DNA of 61,094 bases, the filler included, from Sphacelaria rigidula (lineage: Eukaryota), in NCBI GenBank assembly GCA_964200075.2. It is 9 parts of 9 records of this genome, joined end to end, with 100 filler letters (N's around TTAATTAATTAA, not from the genome) between each part and the next. Parts side by side here need not be neighbours in the genome. Positions count along the whole stretch, not along the records: positions 33,999 to 40,697 come from CAXNAA020018539.1; positions 40,798 to 47,496 come from CAXNAA020018540.1; positions 47,597 to 54,295 come from CAXNAA020018541.1; 6 more parts are not named here. One strand, written 5' to 3'. Under the pieces are notes generated by a model, which was given only the letters and a program-made list of their open reading frames with translations, did not search any database and was not told where the DNA came from. This document shows, in pieces, positions 39,192 to 50,499 of this stretch. Every line of letters starts with the position of its first letter. Position 1 is the first letter of the stretch. The position numbers were made by a program, and so were the translations under genes.

Positions 39192-42100
39192 TGCATGCGC
39201 AGATATCGAACTCTTGGGAGAAACATTCGGACGAGTAGTGACAATACATCTCTTTTTTCGGTCCTTGGCTTGCACTCTACACTATAACCACGCCCTTCCA
39301 TTGGGTCGGCACTCCCCCCTCAGCCCGTTAAATTTCATTTACCTTTTTTTTAATAAGATATTTTCGTCGACTTTTCAAGTACAAAAAACAGCACAAGAGT
39401 GAAGGAAGCAGTGCAGGTGTCGATCCACTCGGCTAACGTACAACAAACACGATCCCACCCAGGAATACCTGCAGGAATTTACCCGACGGCAATTTTGTTA
39501 CTCACACTTCCAAAAAACATGAAGCAATCCCGGAAAAGAAGAAAAAATGATTGGGGGAGGACGGGACGACGGGACGTACTCATTTAATGCTTGGCTGGAG
39601 TCGTTCGACTACTGACCACGCATCCTTTTCGAGACGGAGCACCGTTTTTACTCCTAATAGAGACACCTCCAGCTTTTGGGCACTCATTACACTTCTTTCA
39701 TACATAACATTGTACACATTCCATCCCTCCTGGAGGGGGTGTGCTCATGATCATGCATGCTATAGTCATAAGACCATTGGAGGGGGGGGGGGGGGGGCGG
39801 GGCGATGAACAGAAAAGAAAACAATGAAAACAAAATCTCAAAAAAGTTCCAGTGGTGTGTGGTTACAGGGGCTTGGATATACCTGAAAACTAAATACCGT
39901 TCGTCCTTGGTTCTATTATACTTCTCTCCAACAACCACCACCACGCGTCGCACGCAGAAACAGATTGTGAACGCACAATCATTGTATTGCCTCTCTGAAC
40001 CCTTTTGCAACTCGCGAAACACAATACAAACTCCCACATGCGAACTTTTGTCTCCGGGAAAACGTCAGTTCGAGTGTGATGCACGAGTCTGCCACATTAG
40101 TATACTTGAACTTAGAGTAGCGCACTGTTGTGGTGGGCCGCATCATCAACACTTGCAGAAAAACACCCATAATATCTTGCCCAAGGAAAAGTCAATTGTA
40201 AAATCGTCATTTTTCCATCAACGGTTCCAAAAGGGTTAAACAATGGCCACTGCGTCGCGGGCAGAAACAGGTCAAAGGTTTCGCTACTTTCCGGCGATTG
40301 TGCGCTGAATTATTACTATTATTGTTGTTGTATGGTCATTATGTTCGTCACAATAGCTCGATCTCTCCAACCCGTGATCACAGAGTGCAAGGAGCATACC
40401 ACCCATACCCATAAATCAAATAGCCAGCAGAGGAAGGAGTATACATCAACTAAGAATAGGGTGACGAGTGCACTGCGCCAAGGTAAGAGGGGGCTTTAAT
40501 GGGTCCGACCTCTACACTGTCTTGAGCAAAGCTTGCGCAAGCTCGAGGCGTCTACCCCCACATGACTGCCGCGAAGCAGCCTAACCGAGTCTCCGTGTAA
40601 ACGACACACGAACCCGCTTGCGTGGTGCGTGAGTGTTAGGTCAGGTTTCCTCCTTCCTTCAAGGAAGAAGATACAGTAGTGGGCGGTCTAACTGTTCNNN
40701 NNNNNNNNNNNNNNNNNNNNNNNNNNNNNNNNNNNNNNNNNTTAATTAATTAANNNNNNNNNNNNNNNNNNNNNNNNNNNNNNNNNNNNNNNNNNNNCCG
40801 GTGCTGCTTTCAACGACGATATGACTCGAAATTTCGAGCAACAAATGGCCCAGAATACCCCCCCCCCCTATCGTAGGATGACTCCTATCCCGCCAGTAGT
40901 GTGCCTCATTCGAGCCGACGGCGGCAGACAGTTCTTCACGGGCCTAAGCACGCGTATTTGTTGAGGTGTTGTGATCGGAAAGTGAGCTCAACCAATTCCG
41001 CAGAGCCCAACTGCACTACCAGCTGCCCCTGAAAAGCTGCACGTCGACATTTCGTCGCTCCTTCAGGTGCTGACGGCAGACCAAGAGCGATTGGCCACCA
41101 TCAGCTCCGGTGCCATTCGAGGAAAGGCGAACGTGGAACCACTCAAGTTCGTGTCCATGCAAGCGGACGCAGCAGCCCAAACGGCATTCGCGTTACCGAT
41201 TTGCTCGCCGTTGACACACGGCACAGACAGATGAGAGAGCAGTTATCGCGACAGCACGGGTAACGAAACATGTATTTCCCCTGCCCCCCCCGCTCACGCT
41301 ATCTCCGAAACATTCGGCGACCGACGGCGGGACAAAAATGCTCACTCGTGCACCTGCAATCACACCACGATGAACCGACACCTACAACCCTGGTTCACTT
41401 TGTCATCCCACATGGACCTGAACACTTGCCTCGGGGTGTTGAGCGCCCCGGAATCGCCTTTGAACTGCTGAACTGGCCCCTTAGCTGCTATTCCATTTTT
41501 CTTGTCAGGGTTTCTTCATCAGGCTAGAGTCGAGTGATTTTTCCAACCCCGGCCTTTAACACGATCACTTCAAATTCACCCTTACTCTACGGATACCATT
41601 CACCATGGCCGTGGTCAGTGCGCAAATCTAATCGCCGGACGGTGGCGAATATGCCACACCCACGATGTTTCGGCGCTAGTTAGTCCCTCCATCTAACAAA
41701 ATTGAACGACAGTCATTTATCAGTCGAATATTCGATAGGTTGTTCCCTGCGACCATGTTGGACTTGATACAGTTAGACAGTTAGGCCATGACCGCTGGTG
41801 AATTTATATTTCAGTCCGATACGTTTGTTCTACACTATTCTTTTTTTTTTGCGCCCCCCCTCTCTTCAATTTTTCCCCTGCTTTTCTTCGGCCCCTAGAA
41901 TTGGAGGATTCCTTTCATCTTCATTCTCTACCCCTCATCTCGGAAAACACAAGTGCACCACACAGTATTTTGCGTTTTCCATATCCGCATGTATTTATCG
42001 GCGGTGCTTTGGGCTTGCACCTACACCGCGGGCCAAACCACGATTCATCGATAGGAACGTACATACCTTGAGTACCAGCCACCCCATACTGTGGGATGCG

Positions 42101-45100
42101 TTTCTCCTTCGCTCACTAAAGAAACGGTTCCCTCCCGCAAGGTGATGAGTGATGCTGCGATAGGGGTGCACAAAAACGGTACGAGATTATAATTTTTTGG
42201 AGCCCTTGATCTCATCCAAAACACGAGTTTTTAAATAGGTGAAAGTACGCCAGGATTGTTCTTCTAATGTGCTAGGGATGTCCCGAATGAATATGCAAAC
42301 GGGGGTGCCCAGAACCATATTCTTGTACATCTAGAATCTTCAGGAGCCCCTAAACCAGACGGGATTCCGATCCCAAAAGTGTTACCCCTATCGAAACACG
42401 ACTCTGATCAAGCAGTCCAAACTGCAAGAAATAGATGGCGGCAGCTCGTCGTAATTGGATGACTGAGGACATCATCACGTGTTATCCCAAATACGCGACC
42501 CCCCCGTCGATACCTCGACAACAAAATAATTTGGACGACCTTATGTCTGCCTCTACTCATGTTACTACTCCCCCTCATTAGCACCGCACATCTCCGCTTC
42601 TGCTACCGCTATTATCGTCCTTGTCTGCCATGTTGATAGTGAGGTACTTACTTTTTGATGCTGAAACCTGACAGTACATGCGTGTAAATGTACTGTCAAG
42701 TGTGCGTGTGTGTGCGAACTACATACATGATTGTATGTATGTTGCTGCGCTGCGGGCGATAGGCCTTGAGTCCACATGCCTATTCATTTGTTCGATCTAT
42801 CTCTTTATTCATGTCTTTGCCGTGCTCAACGTGCGCCCTCTAATTTTTTTCTGCGCCCTTCCCTCTTTCCTGCCAGAATTCGGCCTATACTGTCCGGAAT
42901 ATGCTGCATTTTGGTGAAAATATCCTGTCTGAAATGTGATGAATGTTCCAAGGTGTTTTCTCACGACCGTTTTGCTGCAAAAACAAGATGGTTTTCGGAG
43001 ATTTGTCTCTTCCGAGACCGCAGAAGGTGTCAAGGCATATGGATATATTTATCGTCCTCCGAGGGTTTCTGTCATGAGCCGGGACGCAATAACAAGTACG
43101 TGAGTAATTAATTCCCTGAATACCCGTTCGTTCTCCAAAAAGTCATGGCAGTACTTGTGGAAGGGCGGTTCGTGGAATTCTTCCTGTCTCCCCTGACAGT
43201 CGGGGGAGGTGAGTCCCTCCTTCTCCCACGCGATGTGCACGCACTGTAGACTCTAGCCATCATTGTTACCTAAGATTAGGGACATTTGTAGGTGGAGTTG
43301 CGGGTCTGATTGCCGGACACTATGATGGGTGACGTCCATGACGTGAGGCTTGGTTTTGCTACTCTGGTGGAGAGAGACTATGGTCCTGTTTTCCTGTACT
43401 TTGCTGAGGGTTGATACATAAATAACTAAAGCTGCTGAAGTCCATGTGCCCGTGATGGGAGGAGTCCACATGGCACTGATCTTGAGTGACAGAAGTCTAC
43501 AATGAACGTTAATTAAGTCCGCTGATGGCGGTAGATCTGCTGAAAAGCAGCTGACATTTTATGATAGGGAAGTCTGCAGGCCTGATCAGTTTGCAGCAAA
43601 CAAGACCAGCTCAAGGCGTGTTAGCGTCGCGAGGAGTTGGAGAAGTAGAGCCGGGAGGTTCTGAGGCAGTGCTAGGGCGGGCTGTGATATCGCTCGTGCG
43701 TGAGGTGCGGGGGGTTGATCGGCAGCTGGCGAGTCCGTGAGCGTTCAAGAAAAAGCGGGGCGATTACTGCCTGGTGGAGCGAGCGAGAGTTGCTCGTTCC
43801 ACGCTTGGCTAGATACGGTCAGGAAGAGGAGTCTAAGGACTTCAAACACATGGTGAGACCTGCGTGAGGAAGAGGCGCTGTGACCATTGTCATTGTAGGG
43901 TGGTACAGTGCGTCTGGGTGTAAGGAGAGAGTTGTTGTTTCTGTGAGTGGGAGGCAACTTCGTTTTTCGAAAAGGCGGTCTGGAGTGCTGTACTGCTGAC
44001 CGAAATGGATGAGGCGCAGGAATATATCATCGTCGATGGTCGCGTTGTTCCTGTACTGGCGCTGGAGATGCCATACTACGGCCGCAAGTTCTCGAGCGAG
44101 AAATCGGCCGATTTTTTCACGCAAATACAAGCAATATTTGCGAGATGTAGATCAGGTGAACGCGCGGTCGACAAACCTCTTTGAGGTGGCAGCAGTTTCT
44201 GAGCACATGCTGAAACATATTGCAAAATGTCTGTGTGACACGTTCTTGAAACATGCTCTCATGATGTTAAGGACGAGCAGTTGCTTTCCTCGTTGCGCAG
44301 GTATTGGCCAACCATGCACTGTACTGAGAGTACAGGTATTGGCCAACCATGGATCAGAATGCCCCTAGACGTTGAGTACTTCCATCGTGATGCTTCACGG
44401 TTAGTGTCGGGGTTCAGGTCTATTTTCAGAGCGACGCAACGGGTGTGACTTGACATTCTAAGTGCTTCATGGTTACGCGCAACCGTTTTAGTGTGAAACA
44501 GTCATCATCCTCCGTTCCCCTCACGCCGGCGCAGCCTCGGGTAGCGTCCGGCGAAGCCTCAAGCGAAAATGTGGCCTCGGCCGAGCCGTGATGGAATACG
44601 CGCTTCTGTCAACATTCGATGTCATAGCTACAAACTACCCAAGGATTTTGAGCCAGATGTTTGACGGCAGGAGTGGCGCGCTTGGCTTAAGGATTCGTTC
44701 AACAACGTGGACTTCGATGGATGTCTACCGAAAAAAAATAGGCCATCAGGTGCTGGACTCGTCACTTCGTCCTTCAAGGACGGTGAATAGCGCCGGACGT
44801 CCGTAAGGCTCCTCGACAGTGTCTGTAGCTACATGTTGGGTGTAGTCGGTCACAATCGAGTTGGGAGGGAAGGGGGGGGCGGGCGTGGGAAGGGAGGGTA
44901 TTCCTCGAAGGCAAATGGCGGGATTTGAAAATTCGAGTACAGGCAAATTTCATCGATTTAATAACGTATCATACCGTCTCTCGGGGAGCGACCCTAACGC
45001 TCGTATTGACTTTCAACGAACCTGGCTTTTACTTCGTAGCCTTCAAGCGCAGAACACCCATTCTGCTGTGGTTTAATCCTCTCCCTCGAGCCTAGTCCTC

Positions 45101-47117
45101 CTAGAGAAGAGTGTGAAGATGAGATCCATTACTCCCGGTACTATTGTGTCGCCATGCCTAGAATCGTTGAGACCGGTGACATGCTCACCTACAAATGAAT
45201 ACCAGCAGGGAATACCTGATAAAAAAATAGGTGCTTCATCCGGTCAGAAGTGGAACATCGACCCATTTACCGGGACTATGCTCATCGTTTCATGGACTTT
45301 TGACGCACGATCAGTTTCTCCACACATGTTTCATTACTCCCGGTTATTGGTGGGATCTATCGAGTGTATTCCGAGGGCACCTGGACGTCATCATTTGCTG
45401 CCGAGGCTCCAGTCTCAGGGCGTGAATCACGACCTTCTTGTTTTCAACCGATCAAGTCATTTATATCTACTATTTTCGAAAATATTCTTGTACGGCGGAT
45501 CTGACGTGGGTGAGATCCTGTCGTTTCTGCCCCGCTAGGTTTGGGGGGTAATTGAATCTTGCGATCAAAAAGGCAGTAAATTCGCGAAGCGGAACCTCGA
45601 CCCTTGTGTGGCGCAAAGGCTGTACTATCTGCTCTGTCCAGGTACAGTGTGCGCTTGTTCGTGTGCTGCCCTGTGGGATGCGAACGACAGGAGCGGGACG
45701 TGCTATACAGATAAGCCAGGACCAAATGTTACCTCTGCTTAGAACGCGACCCGATATCAACCTGAACCACGTGCAGTATTGTACCGCCTGTGCATGAGGG
45801 CCTATATGTAACACGGTTGTCCACCATACCAGGCGATTCAATCACTGATTACCAAAAAAGAACGTGATCGAGATTGCTCGTAAATGAAACATACCAAATA
45901 AACCATGTATTACAGCGTATTTATTTCTGTGCATTTTCGCGCTCTATACTGCGCGGTTGCAGTGGGAGCTAAGAATGAGTGGAGTGGATACTGGAACGTT
46001 CTGTGGGCTGCTGATATTTGGCTTGGTCGTCTGAAACACCGGAGCCAAGCGATTCTCCGACACTTGACCGCATGTCCTCGACCAGAAAAAATGAGTTCTG
46101 TTATTTTCTTCTCCCTTTCCTCCCACTCATATTTGGTGAAAGGAGTGGGTTCAGGCCTTGCAGGTACCGGGATGCGATGGGCCCATGAAATCGTGGAAAT
46201 CAGACTCGTCCGCGCGTATTTCACCGAAGATTGAATATGCTCAGAGCAGCATACATGAAAAGGATATCCCCTAACCACCGAAAGTATCGCACTAAATCGC
46301 ACTGAAATAATAGGGATGCCCAGAACATGCGGTGGCGTGCAAGCACCCCAACCAGTGTGAACCCTTCTCAATAAAATGGAGGCATTTTTCTGAATTATAG
46401 TTCATCATCCCATCCGAATAAGATACTTTTTTCAAGTGATATTGATGCCAATTCAGCAGGTGACCTTGATTTTGCACGTTGCTGTACCGATTTGATATCA
46501 TTACCCTCTATAATCAATACAGCAACGTGTAAAATCATCGTTTCGAGCAACACTATACGTCAGCAACAACCTGCGGCTTCATCTCACATATACGTCAAGT
46601 TCCTGTTTCATCAGATGCTGGGTGTGCTGTCCTTGGACGTCTTATCTCGGACAATACCGCCTCTATATCATCGAAAAGGAATAACGCTGCAACTCGACGA
46701 TAATGAAAATGACACATAAAAATACAGTCACCTGCCGACAAAAGAGTAATAAATACTGAAAAAAAAAAAACGGGCGTCACGGGGGATAGATTCGTGTCGC
46801 TACCGAGAGGGAGTGGACCCAAAAACAAATTCACGCACCATCGTATGTGACCTCCTCGTCTCTCGAGGGTGTAACGAAGGTATACCAGCGACGGCAACAT
46901 CCGGCGGGCTCCCGTTTTGAATTTCGAAGCCGCATGATATCTTGATGCAAGCGACACTTTGAACGCTTTCAGTTGACATACTCAGTACGCTTCTTCAAGT
47001 TGCAGTCGAGGGGTCAGCCCCTAAATGTACAGTCACACTTTTCGTAGGCGGTCTGAGATGTGCATTTGGGATCAGGTGACGACACTCTGCTTTCACGCAA
47101 GACTAACCCCCCTGCTC

Positions 47118-47162
47118 AACCATCAGAAGGTTGTGAGGTTACCAACTGAGCCACCGGGGCGA
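47118..47162 (-). mobile_element. SINE family 1 head fragment
   Basis: Minus strand TCGCCCCGGTGGCTCAGTTGGTAACCTCACAACCTTCTGATGGTT matches the family 1 5' end. Confidence 0.7.
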
Positions 47163-47596
47163 CAGTTTATGAATAACAACTGTCTTGAAGCCTCCAGGTC
47201 CTAGTGAGGGAGGAAGCCCTTGGAGCAATCTTGTGACCCTGTTCTGAGTCCAGGAGGGCTCTATAATATACGTTTATTAAGAGGAACCCACTGCTTTCTG
47301 GAAGAGGTTTTTCAGCTGTGGACAGCTGCGGAGAAATTATATCAGACTCCGTACACACGAGTGTGCACTCTGTAAAGTGAGGGAGCTCGCTGACAAAGGA
47401 GAGACGGCTAGATTCGCTGGAACTGTTGCGTGCAGGTATGGCAACGCGCAAGAAAGTGGGTGATGGCGATGCAGGCGAAGAGGTGAAGTTGAAGTGNNNN
47501 NNNNNNNNNNNNNNNNNNNNNNNNNNNNNNNNNNNNNNNNTTAATTAATTAANNNNNNNNNNNNNNNNNNNNNNNNNNNNNNNNNNNNNNNNNNNN

Positions 47597-50495
47597 AGAC
47601 CAGCTCACCAAGGTTCTTTGTTGGAAAATGTGCGTTTAGATCCTCCGCCAACTTGTTGCACACATCCTCAGCACCTACAACGAACATGTCATCGACGTGA
47701 ACCACAATCAGAACTTTGATCTCCTCGCCGTCCATCAGCCTGAACACACATGGATCTATCAAACTCTGTTCGAAACCAGACCTTTCAGAGTCTTCCCCAG
47801 TTTCCCGTACCACTCTTTAGCAGCTTGCTTCAAACCATAAAGCGTCTTGTGCAAATGCACGACAGTGCCAGATCGTTCACCCAAACCTGGCGGTACCCTC
47901 ACGCACACGTTATCCTCTAGTTCCGACTGAACGAAAGCTTGCTCAACGTCAAATGAAGAATCGACTTTCCCTCTGCGCAAGCTACCGCTGCAGCTACTCG
48001 GTTAGTCGTAGTGGGTGGGGTTGGCGAGAACGTCGGAATGGCGCCAATTTCTTGCCGATCACCCCTAAAAACCAGTCGAGCCTTAGCCTTCATCACGTAA
48101 CCATGTTCATCGGTTTTCCACTGAAAGACCCACTTCGAATCGATTGATTTCTCTCCAAACGGGGATGAGTCAACTACGGCGCACGTGTTATTGCGTTCCA
48201 GTCCCTCTACTTGCTTCTTCATCGCGTCCAACCACACACTCTTGTACTTTGAACTGCGCACATCCTTCACAAACTTGGGGGCTGACTCAATCTCATCAAG
48301 AGTCACGTATGGGATCAACTCCAACCCAGACTTCCCTGAGTGTCTTGGGTCCTCCGTTGTTGCCAGCTGAGCTAGGATTTGTTCCGTAGCCCACAAATCC
48401 CCCCTGGCTGTCCACAACGCTTTATGATCACCCTCATGCTCCCGCAGGTCTGGAACTTGCTGTTGAAGTCGCTGCTCCTGACGCTGCTGCAGCAGGGCAC
48501 GTGTCTGTTGCCTTGTCCGGCCAAGTGTCGGCTCAACCGAGTCAGGTTGATTCGCAGCATCCCCGCTGCCGCCGAGAGACGATGTCTCCGAAATATCATC
48601 ATCAGAGGATAAAAACGAAGCAGACGGCTGCTGGCCAGAGTCTTTGCCGTTGTTGCCGCCTCGCTCCTCCTCAGGTTCCACCATCCCATCAGGTTCCACC
48701 ACCCCATCTGCCACACGTTTAAACAAAGCATCACCCGGAACCCCCCCACCAGTGCCGAGATCCGACTCGTCAGAGTCAGAGTCAGAGCTCTCGACATCGC
48801 CCTCCCCGCCCTCCACATGCTCTGTGTTTTCCCCTCCCGACATGAAAAAACGGACCGCTCGCTGCGATTTTGGGGGTGGGTGAGTGCTGCCAAGTAACAT
48901 CGCGAGTAGTGATTACATATCTGCCTTTCGTCTGCATTCTCATGGTATCACGGGGATAGTTGCAGCCAGGTCCTAAGTAAAAACACTCCTGTGCTTTCGG
49001 CATACACTTCGACGTCCTATTATACCTACAGTATCCTGGCTTGAAGACAGGGAGAAGCTTGATATTAGGCACTTCACCGTAAAACACCTCATCTGGGGAC
49101 TTCTTCCCAGGGTTAGCAGTAGTAGCAGAACGGTTCAACGCATCTGCTGCCCAACGATACGACTCAGCCCACATCCTTGCCGGAACATCCACGCCATACA
49201 GTACCTTTGCCTGAATCCTAGCTGCCATAGCGGCTTTCTCAATCATCGCGATTGCCCGTTCGGCAACGCCATTGCACTCGGGGCTGTCTGCTGGGGTGTA
49301 CTCTTGCCTTATGCCACGCTCACGACACACATCACTGGAAGAACCTGGAAACTCTCCACCACCGTCAGATCTTACGGTCTGTGACGGTTAATAGGCAATC
49401 GACTAGACTACCGTACAGTCAGCGAGCGCTGACTGTACGGTAGCCTTTTCGGTTGCTTGTAAATCGTCACAAAAAGTTAGTCATAGGGGTTCGATCCCCG
49501 TCACTTTCACCCCGAGGAGGGCGACTCCCCTTGCCAGCGCTGTTCAACTGTTCGCACTCACGGTATCGGTCTAATGCTGCCACACGTATCCATTCGGAGT
49601 TACTCGTCTCCCCCACTCATTTCCAGAGTGTGTGCACTGGGGTCCCTAGCAGTCAACTCGGGGATTGGACTCTCCCCCATCACCCTCTTTTTTCAACGGA
49701 GGTAGGGTTTTCCTCTTTAACTTCGAAGAAAGTGCGTCCGACGGGAATCGAACCAGCGACAAACTTTTGTGACGATCTATAGGCAATCGACTAGACTACC
49801 GTACAGTCAGCGAGCGCTGACTGTACGGTAGTCTTTTCGGTTGCCTGTAAATCGTCACAAAAAGTTAGTCATAGGGGTTCGATCCCCGTCACTTTCACTC
49901 CGAGGAGGGCGACTCCCCTTGCCAGCGCTGTTCAACTGTTCGCACTCACGGTATCGGTCTAATGCTGCCACACGTATCCATTTGGAGTTACTCGTCTCCC
50001 TCCCCCACTCATTTCCAGAGTGTGTGCACTGGGGTCCCTAGCAGTCAACTCGGGGATTGGACTCTCCCCCATCACCCTCTTTTTTCACCGGAGGTAGGGT
50101 TTTCCTCTTTAAAGTCGAAGAAAGTGCGTCCGACGGGAATCGAACCAGCGACAAACTTTTGTGACGATTTACAGGCAACCGACTAGACTACCGTACAGTC
50201 AGCGCTGACTGTACGGTAGTCTTTTCGGTTGCCTGTAAATCGGCACAGGTCTCTATAACTGAGAGATGCACTGTGCTCCTACATCAGCCAGGTATTACTT
50301 GAACGCCCTCGTGGTGTCAGACTTATGTCTCCCGGAATACATCCAGATTTTCCGGGTGAAATCATCCCAGATGAGAAAAGCGTGCTTCATGCCACCTGCA
50401 CTCTCGACCAATTTCGAGTCAGACGCATCCATGAACACACGCTCAAAAGGCCAAGCTGCACGCGTAGTGGTGGACGTAAGGATGGGTTTCCGCAA
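47597..50495 (-). mobile_element. Ty1/Copia LTR retrotransposon pol relic (integrase followed by RT), frameshifted and interrupted
   Basis: Integrase FERVFMD...DDFTRKIWMY, IETVRSDGGGEF (split by an insertion), TPADSPECNGVAER. RT SKWVF...KAKARLV, FDVEQAFVQ, LYGLKQA, VHVDDM. The INT-before-RT order is diagnostic of Copia. Confidence 0.95.
49380..50247. mobile_element. Unclassified 868-bp non-coding insertion: three ~90-bp palindromes (head-to-head tRNA-like halves) separated by two ~296-300-bp spacers
   Basis: Palindromes at 49380-49471, 49768-49859 and 50160-50247. TG...CA termini and a 4-bp TSD GGTC (49376-49379, 50248-50251). Removing it restores the Copia integrase IETVRSDGGGEF. Confidence 0.9.
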
Positions 50496-50499
50496 CAGA

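Noticed and set aside
42161..42390. Possible MITE with TAGGGGT...ACCCCTA ends
   Set aside because: The TIR is short, no TSD was found, and there is no second copy in the window.
49380..50247. CRISPR-like array (palindromic repeats with spacers) or genuine tRNA genes
   Set aside because: The repeats are ~90 bp, the spacers are ~300 bp and near-identical, there are no cas genes, and the context is eukaryotic. The tRNA-like heads have broken acceptor, D and anticodon stems.
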